Virus record (IMG/VR): IMGVR_UViG_3300042507_002066
Length of the DNA stretch: 64,000 nucleotides
Strand: one strand, 5' to 3'
Source: an uncultured virus (IMG/VR IMGVR_UViG_3300042507_002066)
Lineage: Duplodnaviria; Heunggongvirae; Uroviricota; Caudoviricetes
The position numbers and the translations under genes are program-made. Under the pieces are notes generated by a model. That model worked only from the letters and a program-made list of their open reading frames with translations, did not search any database and had not been told where the DNA came from. Positions 56,360 to 64,000 of this stretch are shown piece after piece. Numbering within the stretch: the first letter of the stretch is position 1; every line of letters begins with the position of its first letter.

Positions 56360-57127
56360 TTATTTCCTAACATAATGAAAGTTGACAATTTGTTCAACGA
56401 CTTCTTCAAAGTCATTCAGATATAGCATATTCGCGCTATCAGACGGAGAACTATCCGGATCCGGATGAACTTCTAAAAAGAAATTAGATACACCAAGAGC
56501 ACTAGCTGCACGACATAAACCAGGAACATAATTCCTATTACCGCCACTACTCGACCCCATGCCGCCAGGCTTTTGAACAGAGTGTGTTGCATCAAATACA
56601 AACGGAACATCGTAATTATCCATAATGTACTGGATACCAGTGTAATCGACCACAAGAGTGTTATACCCAAAGCTCGTTCCCCTTTCAGTTAGCCAGACTT
56701 CTTTTGCTCCTTCGGTTTTCGAGAGAATACCTTTGACATCCCACGGCGCAAGAAACTGTCCTTTTTTAATATTGACGATTTTGCCAGTCTCTACGGCAGC
56801 TCGGATAAGATCCGTTTGGCGGCAAAGAAAAGCAGGGATTTGAATAACATCTACATAATCCTTTACGAACTCTACCTGCCAAGTTTCGTGAACGTCGGTT
56901 ACGATGTTCAGTTCCAACATATGACTACGAAGAACGTCAAAGTCATGCATAGTCTTTTCAATGCCAAGACCGCGTTTTCCTAGTGAGCTTGTTCGATTTG
57001 CTTTATCAAAACTAGCTTTAAAGAAGTATTCAACTCCATACTTCTTACATACCAGTTCGCAATGCTTTGCGATTTCAAGAGATTGCTCTAGACTCTCGTG
57101 TTGACATGGGCCAGCAATGATCCTCAT
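56360..57127 (-). CDS. kdsA: Kdo-8-phosphate synthase
   Basis: IAGPCQHES, KASFDKANRTS, QIPAFLCRQTDL, KKGQF, DATHSVQKPG, EVHPDP. Confidence 0.95.
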   Translation of the reverse strand: MRIIAGPCQHESLEQSLEIAKHCELVCKKYGVEYFFKASFDKANRTSSLGKRGLGIEKTMHDFDVLRSHMLELNIVTDVHETWQVEFVKDYVDVIQIPAFLCRQTDLIRAAVETGKIVNIKKGQFLAPWDVKGILSKTEGAKEVWLTERGTSFGYNTLVVDYTGIQYIMDNYDVPFVFDATHSVQKPGGMGSSSGGNRNYVPGLCRAASALGVSNFFLEVHPDPDSSPSDSANMLYLNDFEEVVEQIVNFHYVRK

Positions 57128-57486
57128 GCCTTTTTTCCAACAGTCTTACGAACAATATCATCGTGATTAAACTCTGCCCAGTAGAGTTCAAACGCAACGC
57201 CATCTTCGAGACCTTCGAACTGATGAACGAGTCCTGGCCTGACTTGAGTGAATTGACCAGCAGACAACACAGTCTCGTCAACAATACCTTCTTGATCTGC
57301 AGTCTGCCATACACGGATCAACATCTTACCGGATTCAACAAAGAAGCCGTTCCATTTAAATCGATGAAGATGCTCCGAACACTTAAATCCTGCATTGAAT
57401 TCAATTCGATGAAACTCAAATACGCCATTCGCGTGAATGAGCTCTGTGCCTCCCCAGATCTTTCCTGCTTTAATACCCATATCCAA
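57124..57486 (-). CDS. Cupin-fold protein
   Basis: CSEHLH...FFVESG...VRPGLVHQF. Confidence 0.75.
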   Translation of the reverse strand: MDMGIKAGKIWGGTELIHANGVFEFHRIEFNAGFKCSEHLHRFKWNGFFVESGKMLIRVWQTADQEGIVDETVLSAGQFTQVRPGLVHQFEGLEDGVAFELYWAEFNHDDIVRKTVGKKA

Positions 57487-57498
57487 TCCTTTATTAAT

Positions 57499-58002
57499 TT
57501 ACTTCAACGCGGGCTGAACGCTCACGCGTTGACCAAGCGTATACTTATGTACAGTTTCTTGAGAGTACTCATACCCATTATAGGTATAAGAGATACGATA
57601 GTGTGATACGATCGGATCGTTAACAGTCGTTCTTACGCTTTCGCACTGAGGTTCGTAACGATATCCAACGACTGCATCACGAGAAGCATTAGCACCCTTA
57701 TTGGCACCAACGATTGCGCCAAGAACGGTCATTGCGTCCTTGCCGCTTCCACCACCAAATTGATTGCCAATCGCTCCGCCAATCAACGCTCCGACAAGAA
57801 CATCGGCATCTGAGCCACCATGAACACGACCGTAAACAGGCACCTGTACATCATAGCATACGTTCTCGTAGGTATCTACATATCGATCCGTGTAGACCGG
57901 ATGGACCGCAGTAATCACTGCGTACTGAGCATTAGAAAGGCCGTCCGCTGAAACAACGGCCGGCACAAGTGATACTGCAATTGCTAGAAGTGTCTTGTTC
58001 AT
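57499..58002 (-). CDS. Glycine-zipper 2TM surface protein
   Basis: GALIGGAIGNQFGGGSGKDAMTVLGAIVG. Confidence 0.85.
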   Translation of the reverse strand: MNKTLLAIAVSLVPAVVSADGLSNAQYAVITAVHPVYTDRYVDTYENVCYDVQVPVYGRVHGGSDADVLVGALIGGAIGNQFGGGSGKDAMTVLGAIVGANKGANASRDAVVGYRYEPQCESVRTTVNDPIVSHYRISYTYNGYEYSQETVHKYTLGQRVSVQPALK

Positions 58003-58025
58003 TTTGATTCTCCGTTTCTAACTAC

Positions 58026-58054
58026 AATATAATTCATAACGTTGTGAATGTCAA
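58026..58054 (-). promoter_or_regulatory. Sigma70-type promoter
   Basis: TTGACA-17-TATATT. Confidence 0.65.
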
Positions 58055-58539
58055 CTAAAATTATTTGCGTAGTGATCTGCGCCGAAGCTAGCTGCAAAGG
58101 CGTGAGGCTTGAGCTTCACGTGATTTTCAGCAAGACCAGTTACACCAAGAACATAACCAGCAGCCTGAGATGCGACACAGTTTGAACCGTGCTTTGGATC
58201 GATGTTGACGTCGCAGTGAATCTCAACGTCGAAATCGTCGATGAACGGAGCGAGCTGAGTGTACAGTTCGCAAGACTTCATGACTTCATTCATAAGACGC
58301 ATTGACGGACGATTCTTTTTTAGATCGTAGTCAGTTTCAACCGTCTTGTGTCGAAACACTCTGCAGCCGTTCTGACCATTCATGTGAACGACGCAGACCG
58401 TCGCATACTTAGCGTACCATCTATCGTTTTCTCTAAAACGAACTGAGTCCGTTCCTATGTAGATCTTCGTAGATTCATTAAGATCGCAAAGAAGATCTAC
58501 GAGTTCTTCGATCTGTTTTTGCGTAAACATAATTATCAC
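58051..58539 (-). CDS. RNase H-like YkuK-family protein
   Basis: IYIGTDS, RLMNEV, EIHCDVN, KPHAFAASFGAD. Confidence 0.8.
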   Translation of the reverse strand: MIIMFTQKQIEELVDLLCDLNESTKIYIGTDSVRFRENDRWYAKYATVCVVHMNGQNGCRVFRHKTVETDYDLKKNRPSMRLMNEVMKSCELYTQLAPFIDDFDVEIHCDVNIDPKHGSNCVASQAAGYVLGVTGLAENHVKLKPHAFAASFGADHYANNFS

Positions 58540-58557
58540 TCCTGTATGTTGTTCACG

Positions 58558-58779
58558 TTATCGTAATATGTAAGAACCTTCCGGTTTCTTTAAAGCTTGA
58601 AGAAACTCTTCAAACATTCTATGAGACATCGCTATGAGTTCGCACTGTCCTCTTGTTTCGTTCCACTGTCTTATGTATACTTCGTTATCATCGATGAAGA
58701 ATTGAACATCTTCATATTGACCGCAGTCATCTAAGATTGTTGTGATAGTTTCGTCAAATTCAATTTCGTTGGTAAACAT
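58558..58779 (-). CDS. Hypothetical protein
   Basis: 73-aa ORF. Confidence 0.6.
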   Translation of the reverse strand: MFTNEIEFDETITTILDDCGQYEDVQFFIDDNEVYIRQWNETRGQCELIAMSHRMFEEFLQALKKPEGSYILR

Positions 58780-58821
58780 ATAATACCTATCCTGTGAATT
58801 CAGTACTATCTTATTTATCTG

Positions 58822-59325
58822 TTAATATCTAGAGCTCTTAAGTTTTTGAACTTCTTTATAGTTTGCAGCGTTCTGTAGAAATATCCTTGGTATCTCTAGA
58901 TGTTTCGGCAAAGAAAGAACATATTGTATTAAATCACAGACTTCTGAGTAAGTTACAGAAGGAAGGGAGTCTTCTAGCATTCCAAGATTGATCGTAGTGA
59001 TCCTACATTTCTTAAGGCTGTTATAAGTAATGTTATCCGCAATGTGATCGAGAGACGCTTTTTGAGCCGCATACATGTAACCCTTTGAAAGATTTGGTAG
59101 ACCTGCTCTCGACGATATGTTGATGATGAGCTTACTACTATCTTCGTACCAAGCATGGCACCATTCTTCGAGTAAGAGTGTTTGCTGAAATCCAACGTGA
59201 GCATTATTAATGAAGACATCATAGTCTGATTTCTCTATCCTATCTTCAACTCGATAAGAGTCTGCGCCAAACCTATCTATGATGGCACCAGCGAGTTTAC
59301 TGCTTCCAGTGACTGCGATTCTCAT
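58822..59325 (-). CDS. Short-chain dehydrogenase/reductase
   Basis: VTGSSKLA, FINNAH, INISSR, YAAQK. Confidence 0.75.
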   Translation of the reverse strand: MRIAVTGSSKLAGAIIDRFGADSYRVEDRIEKSDYDVFINNAHVGFQQTLLLEEWCHAWYEDSSKLIINISSRAGLPNLSKGYMYAAQKASLDHIADNITYNSLKKCRITTINLGMLEDSLPSVTYSEVCDLIQYVLSLPKHLEIPRIFLQNAANYKEVQKLKSSRY

Positions 59326-60202
59326 TATAATGCTCCATTAAAATATCATAGCTCTTTTCTCCTACGAGTGTACCTATGACGCTGCACTTATTACAGGGAC
59401 TAAAGTTTCTATTTGCTCTCGAGAGTCTCATTCTTACCTTCTGCATTTCCTTACTCATCCAAACTTCGGAGATAGGTTGCTGCATTAGGTTACCAACGAC
59501 TCGTTCTCTACCCCAATCGTTTGCGCAGAACAGAACGTCACCATTCCAATCAACGTATAGTTTATAGAAGGGATAGAAGCACTTATTGTTCTTCACGTTC
59601 TCAAGAGTATCAGTATCATCCATCCATTTGATAAGACCGGAACGATTATTGAATATGATCCCATGATCCTTTGGATCCCAATGAACTCTATACTTATAGT
59701 TCTTTTCTGGTATACCCTCGAGGATCTCGTCAAAGTATTGAATCTGTTCTGGGCCGTCGTACATATTGATATTAAGTACATCAAGACCAGCTTCAATCAG
59801 ATCCTTGATAAGAGTCGTGTTAAGAGGATCTCCATTTGTATTGCACTCAATGTACGCTTTACTATTGTGCGTTCTTAAGGCTCTAATGATATTTACAATG
59901 TCAGGGTTTAGAAGGTTTTCACCGAAGCCAGAGATGGCGATTGTTCCGGTGTATTGTATATCAGCCAATCTCTTGGCTATGATCTCTGCGCCACTCGTCG
60001 TCATTCGAAGATTTCGATTTGGATAGACTCGAGGATCGTGTCGAGGACAGAACACGCAGGAACGATTGCATAAATCAATCGTAGTGATATCAACAGACGA
60101 AATTGATTTCAGAATGTTCTGAGAGTCAAGAGTCTCGAAGTATTTCGTTTCTATGTCTTGACGTCTTTGAATAAACGTATGTTGGTTATCAGTTTCTTTC
60201 AT
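59297..60202 (-). CDS. Radical SAM/SPASM protein
   Basis: CNRSCVFC; CFYPF...GDVLFC...PCNKC. Confidence 0.88.
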   Translation of the reverse strand: MKETDNQHTFIQRRQDIETKYFETLDSQNILKSISSVDITTIDLCNRSCVFCPRHDPRVYPNRNLRMTTSGAEIIAKRLADIQYTGTIAISGFGENLLNPDIVNIIRALRTHNSKAYIECNTNGDPLNTTLIKDLIEAGLDVLNINMYDGPEQIQYFDEILEGIPEKNYKYRVHWDPKDHGIIFNNRSGLIKWMDDTDTLENVKNNKCFYPFYKLYVDWNGDVLFCANDWGRERVVGNLMQQPISEVWMSKEMQKVRMRLSRANRNFSPCNKCSVIGTLVGEKSYDILMEHYNENRSHWKQ

Positions 60203-60987
60203 GTTTCCATACCGTATAACTTGTGTTTCGTTGGATCCTGTACGTCGTTCATATATTCTTGATGAGCAATCAGAAGTCTTTGGATATTCTTTTTACTCTG
60301 TTTCACGTATTTGGAAATATGATTGTGTAGGAGTTGATCTGGTGAAGTTATGATTGCGCCTTGAGGAGCAAGAAGAGTCGCGAGTTCTACTCTCTTCGAT
60401 GCAATCACGATAGGCCGCCATGTAAACTTAAACAGCTGATGTACCATACCCTCGTAGCCGACTCCAAACTCACATGTCGTGATTACGTCCATGACTTCAC
60501 GAATAGGAGTTCTATAAGTTAACTCAACTACTTCGTATCCTTCCATCTTAAGGTTATTTACAACGGTATCCCAATGATCGTATAATGGGTCTTTATGATA
60601 ACCAGGAAACGTAAGGTTATGTTTCGAAGACCAAAACGCGACGAGTCCAGGCTTTATCTTTGGTTCTTCTTTTAGATACCAGAGACCATGCAGGTGATTG
60701 AATTCTTCAAGCTCGTTGACGAATCTAAACTTTGGATTAGACGAATATTCATGTGATATCGTTAGACCATCTACCGGCCTTAAGTAATCTTTAATGTAAT
60801 TAAAACGATAGAGGATTGACTCTTGGTCCTTTTCACTGAGCAAGTAATCCTTTGCATTTGGCCAATGAAACTTTATGTGGACTGGTCTCTGATACTTTAA
60901 CACAGATGAATGTGCATAGCAAAGGCCGGTGATAAAGTCACCGTATCCTTCTTGCGATCTAAACTCCATGTTCAAAGTATTATTCAT
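60199..60987 (-). CDS. Hypothetical protein, possibly GT-B glycosyltransferase-like
   Basis: GYGDF; CEFGVGYEGMVH. Confidence 0.45.
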   Translation of the reverse strand: MNNTLNMEFRSQEGYGDFITGLCYAHSSVLKYQRPVHIKFHWPNAKDYLLSEKDQESILYRFNYIKDYLRPVDGLTISHEYSSNPKFRFVNELEEFNHLHGLWYLKEEPKIKPGLVAFWSSKHNLTFPGYHKDPLYDHWDTVVNNLKMEGYEVVELTYRTPIREVMDVITTCEFGVGYEGMVHQLFKFTWRPIVIASKRVELATLLAPQGAIITSPDQLLHNHISKYVKQSKKNIQRLLIAHQEYMNDVQDPTKHKLYGMET

Positions 60988-60992
60988 TATAG

Positions 60993-61000
60993 TATTTATA
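60993..61000 (-). promoter_or_regulatory. T4-type late promoter
   Basis: Exact TATAAATA. Confidence 0.65.
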
Positions 61001-61003
61001 TGT

Positions 61004-61077
61004 TGGATGCCCGTCGAGGATTCGAACCGCGATTACTAGGGTCAGAGCCTAGCGTCCTACCGTTAGACGAACGGGCA
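61004..61077 (-). tRNA. tRNA-Gln(CTG)
   Basis: CTAGG-CT CTG AC-CCTAG anticodon arm; TTCGAAT; encoded CCA. Confidence 0.9.
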
Positions 61078-61078
61078 A

Positions 61079-61155
61079 TGGTGTCCCTGAGAGGACTCGA
61101 ACCTCCAACACCTAGCACCTCAAGCTAGTGACTCTACCAGTTGGCCTACAGGGAC
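61079..61155 (-). tRNA. tRNA-Leu(GAG), short variable loop
   Basis: CTAGC-TT GAG GT-GCTAG; GTCCCTG/CAGGGAC-ACCA; 77 nt. Confidence 0.85.
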
Positions 61156-61160
61156 ATATT

Positions 61161-61235
61161 TGGAGCGGAGAATGGGACTCGAACCCACGGCCATCTGCTT
61201 GGCAAGCAGAAGCTCTACCACTGAGCTACCTCCGC
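61161..61235 (-). tRNA. tRNA-Gly(GCC)
   Basis: TCTGC-TT GCC AA-GCAGA; U73 discriminator; CCA. Confidence 0.92.
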
Positions 61236-61240
61236 ATTAT

Positions 61241-61316
61241 TGGTACCGTGCATGGGCTTCGATCCCATTCCATCTCAGTCACAGTGAGATATGCTTCCAC
61301 TTACACTTGTCACGGC
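61241..61316 (-). tRNA. tRNA-His(GTG), A73, no encoded G-1
   Basis: TCTCA-CT GTG AC-TGAGA; atypical T-loop ATCGAAG. Confidence 0.8.
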
Positions 61317-61322
61317 ATTATC

Positions 61323-61505
61323 TTATTTCTTTTCGAGTTCTAGAATTCTATCTTGAATACAACTCATAATAGCTTGAGGTCCTACTGGTTTATTTACGTC
61401 GTAGTCTTTATGTTTACCATACTGAATCTCATATGCAGTTTTGTAGTTTTCGATAAAGATTCTAAGACCGGTCAGTTCAGCGTATTCAAGACTCGTTTTA
61501 GCCAT
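61323..61505 (-). CDS. Hypothetical protein in the tRNA cluster
   Basis: 60-aa ORF. Confidence 0.5.
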   Translation of the reverse strand: MAKTSLEYAELTGLRIFIENYKTAYEIQYGKHKDYDVNKPVGPQAIMSCIQDRILELEKK

Positions 61506-61506
61506 A

Positions 61507-61755
61507 TTAGTTCAGCCTTTCGTTCCAAAATGCTTGATACATTTCTTTGTCAGTTTTCCAACGAGGGCGAGTAGATGTTGGGTGTTCATACAGGCCAACA
61601 CGTTCAACAAACTTAGTAATCTCTCGTTCAATCGCAGACTCAAACTCAGATTTCACTGGAGTTGCATAGAGCTTTTTCCATTCATCTACGAGTGGAGCAT
61701 TCTCGGCTTGAACGCGTCGCTGTGTCTGGAACCATTCTGTATCGTCAAGAATCAT
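61507..61755 (-). CDS. Hypothetical protein in the tRNA cluster
   Basis: 82-aa ORF with GGAG RBS. Confidence 0.55.
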   Translation of the reverse strand: MILDDTEWFQTQRRVQAENAPLVDEWKKLYATPVKSEFESAIEREITKFVERVGLYEHPTSTRPRWKTDKEMYQAFWNERLN

Positions 61756-61780
61756 ATTTCACTCTCTCCATATGTTATAG

Positions 61781-61857
61781 TGGTACGGGCGGTGGGAATC
61801 GAACCCACAAAACTCAGATTTTAAGTCTGATACGGTTACCTGTTACGTCACGCCCGC
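61781..61857 (-). tRNA. tRNA-Leu(TAA), short variable loop
   Basis: TCAGA-CT TAA AA-TCTGA; TTCGATT; ACCA; 77 nt. Confidence 0.85.
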
Positions 61858-61946
61858 AGAATCTCTTGTATGGATATATATTAACACGAATTACATTAAT
61901 GTCAATAGGTGAACTACATTATTATCAACGAAGAGAGGAAAAGGTC

Positions 61947-62393
61947 ATGCAAATCAAGAAATTTTTCGAAATCTACATGTATCTTCCAATACTCGCTTTA
62001 CTAGTAGGTAGTTACATTGTCTTCTTTGCAGAAGATAAGTATCGTTACGAGTGCCAAAATCCAGACTTTTGGAGCGCACCTGAATGTAACCCACCTATCT
62101 GTCTAGCTACTGGAACATGTACATCTGATCTAATATCGCTAGACGGAAACTACTCGAACAGATACGAGGAACAAGTCAACAAATTTATGAGTCTGCCAGC
62201 AGAAGAAACTCCATCGGAAGAAGCAGCTGCGTCTGAAGAATATACCGGAAAAGTTGACGAGATTATTCAAACTGAAGAAGCAAGTACTGAAGAGATGATA
62301 GATGAAAATAGCAGCGTGTTTGAACTTGAAGAAAGTCCAAATATAGTCGACGGTATCAACCAAACAATAGAAGAGACCAACGCAAATGAGTAA
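61947..62393 (+). CDS. Membrane-anchored Cys-motif protein with acidic tail
   Basis: TM, then YRYECQNPDFWSAPECNPPICLATGTC; GAGG RBS. Confidence 0.7.
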   Translation: MQIKKFFEIYMYLPILALLVGSYIVFFAEDKYRYECQNPDFWSAPECNPPICLATGTCTSDLISLDGNYSNRYEEQVNKFMSLPAEETPSEEAAASEEYTGKVDEIIQTEEASTEEMIDENSSVFELEESPNIVDGINQTIEETNANE

Positions 62394-62652
62394 TAGTCAA
62401 GATAAAATTGAAGAACTAAACGCAAAACTAAGATTTATTGTTGGCGTATGCCTTGCATTTACGTTAACCGGTACAATCTTTGCTGTATTGTATAGCCTAA
62501 TACACGTGACACAACCTATGTTCGTGTCACCTAACGATCAAAAGTTTTTTGAACTCATTCAACCAATCGCTACATTTTTAACTGGTACACTATCAGGTAT
62601 AATGCTCAGCGGATCTGGATCAAGTAAGAGCAAGAAGAACGAAGAAGAGTAA
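62386..62652 (+). CDS. Two-TM membrane protein
   Basis: LRFIVGVCLAFTL...FFELIQPIATFLTGTLSGIM. Confidence 0.7.
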   Translation: MSNSQDKIEELNAKLRFIVGVCLAFTLTGTIFAVLYSLIHVTQPMFVSPNDQKFFELIQPIATFLTGTLSGIMLSGSGSSKSKKNEEE

Positions 62653-62679
62653 TAAAGATATCTCGAACGTAAATTAGTC

Positions 62680-62901
62680 TTACTCCGGGTTGCTAACTTT
62701 ACGTTCGAGATTCCCTATGCGCTTCTGCCACGCTTCCTCAAAACCATCCTCATGAACTACGTTCTCGTGGTTACCCCATAGTCTAACGAAGTAACCATCA
62801 AGAACTGAACGAACATCTTTGTCTTGCCAGGTCTCTGGTATTAAGTGACCTTTGACAATCCAATAATACCGATTGGCTTCCTTGCGTTCGGCTGGTGTCA
62901 T
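62680..62901 (-). CDS. Hypothetical protein
   Basis: 73-aa ORF. Confidence 0.55.
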   Translation of the reverse strand: MTPAERKEANRYYWIVKGHLIPETWQDKDVRSVLDGYFVRLWGNHENVVHEDGFEEAWQKRIGNLERKVSNPE

Positions 62902-63264
62902 TTACCCAGCAGAACGAGTAATGAAGTTAAGACGGATCTTTTTCGGATTGAAGTACTTAACGATCAATTCTTCTGCGATCTTTACGTCAACAGTCTTACA
63001 AGAGAAGATGTCGATGTAAGCATCCCCATTTGAATCGACCAAGTGACCGGAAATGTTGCTCGTCTCGATCATTTGAAGAAAACTAATGCCTGCTTTGTCG
63101 GGTGCATGAGTAGCAAAATGCTCAATCATAGGTTCGCCAAACGCAATCATTTCGATAGCAGGTACTAATTCTTTAATGAAATTGTGTACGTTTTCTTTAC
63201 TAGTAATCTTATCAATATCACAAGATGCGCAATCAAACATTGCGTGGTAACCCCAATAAGCCAT
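62902..63264 (-). CDS. speD: S-adenosylmethionine decarboxylase-like proenzyme
   Basis: WGYH, IETSNISGH (self-cleavage site), YIDIFSCK. Confidence 0.75.
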   Translation of the reverse strand: MAYWGYHAMFDCASCDIDKITSKENVHNFIKELVPAIEMIAFGEPMIEHFATHAPDKAGISFLQMIETSNISGHLVDSNGDAYIDIFSCKTVDVKIAEELIVKYFNPKKIRLNFITRSAG

Positions 63265-63285
63265 TCATTTTCTCCTATAATAAAA

Positions 63286-63361
<76 letters not shown>

Positions 63362-63368
63362 AAATTCT

Positions 63369-63441
63369 TGGAGCGGGTGGCCGGAATCGAACCGGTCTCC
63401 TATAGCTTGGAAGGCTAGTTGGCTACCTTAGCCTCACCCGC
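63369..63441 (-). tRNA. tRNA-Gly(TCC), short D-loop
   Basis: TAGC-CT TCC AA-GCTA; GCGGGTG/CACCCGC-TCCA. Confidence 0.85.
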
Positions 63442-63451
63442 ATTAAATTAT

Positions 63452-64000
63452 TTATCCGTTATTTCTTTCTGCATAGATATCTACTAAAAATACATCAGAT
63501 TCATACGGATGTAAATGTTCTGTATTCGTTATTTCTTTATTCAAAAAAGCTCTACAAAGTTTTTCTAAAACTGATATCTGCCATGTAATATTACTATAGT
63601 TATGCTTTACTATATTATCTAACCAAAATGCAGAATTCTTTTTGTATTCTTGTAACGGCAAAATGTTAAATGATTTAATTTCAAATCCATTTTCATTGAA
63701 CATATTTTTCCAATTATCTATTGTTCTAATTTTCATAACCCAGTTTTCATTTAAATAAAAGTCACTTTTATTTGTTTGTACAAAATCATTTATGAAAATT
63801 CTATCAGTAGTTTTTGCCAAGTTTGAAAACGCCGTATCTTTCATATGTGTAATACTTTGAATGAATGATACGATTTCGTATTTAGAATTTGTAGTGTATT
63901 CATTAGCGTTTGCAAGAATAACATTGAATTCGTCTCCAATGTATTCTGCCTGCTGTTTTGATTCGGTTAAACCTGTTATGTGAGCATTTGGAGATATTGA
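63452..64000 (-). CDS. Probable class I SAM-dependent methyltransferase (5' end outside the window)
   Basis: Frame stays open upstream of the listed Met: HITGLTESKQQAEY...YEIVSFIQSITHM...IFINDF. Confidence 0.55.
   Translation of the reverse strand, partial: SISPNAHITGLTESKQQAEYIGDEFNVILANANEYTTNSKYEIVSFIQSITHMKDTAFSNLAKTTDRIFINDFVQTNKSDFYLNENWVMKIRTIDNWKNMFNENGFEIKSFNILPLQEYKKNSAFWLDNIVKHNYSNITWQISVLEKLCRAFLNKEITNTEHLHPYESDVFLVDIYAERNNG

Noticed and set aside
61662..61946. 5' extension of the 243-aa + strand ORF
   Set aside because: It overlaps tRNA-Leu(TAA) and another gene; the start at 61947 has an RBS.

Overview
A 64-kb segment of a large T4-like myovirus genome, almost entirely coded on the minus strand. 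The host is very probably an alphaproteobacterium, likely Rhodobacteraceae-like, inferred from the permuted tmRNA, a tRNA-His lacking G-1, and the PstS and DUF1127 types. In + coordinate order: pstS with a Pho box; small early hypothetical genes and a Dda/RecD-like helicase; nrdA, ATP-cone-nrdB, thyA, DHFR and primase; spanins and a GH19 endolysin; late genes whose products start with T4 internal-protein-like capsid-targeting sequences, including a 711-aa protein of 11 basic modules joined by protease-site-like (L/I)xE linkers; a glycan island (Gmd, ColD-type dehydratase, three GT29-like and two KpsS-like transferases); a four-gene small-protein operon; a ligase-like/HAD/PD-(D/E)xK trio carrying capsid-targeting leaders; gp41, UvsX, gp32, gp59, gp33; heme oxygenase plus PcyX-like bilin reductase; a late-promoter curli (CsgF/CsgG/curlin)-FecR-CHASE2 cyclase cluster; a two-piece tmRNA gene whose intervening segment carries an HNH endonuclease gene closed by a perfect 16-bp inverted repeat; kdsA; a radical-SAM operon; six tRNAs; and a SpeD-like gene. 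All family calls come from motif recognition by eye, not database searches, so novelty could not be verified.
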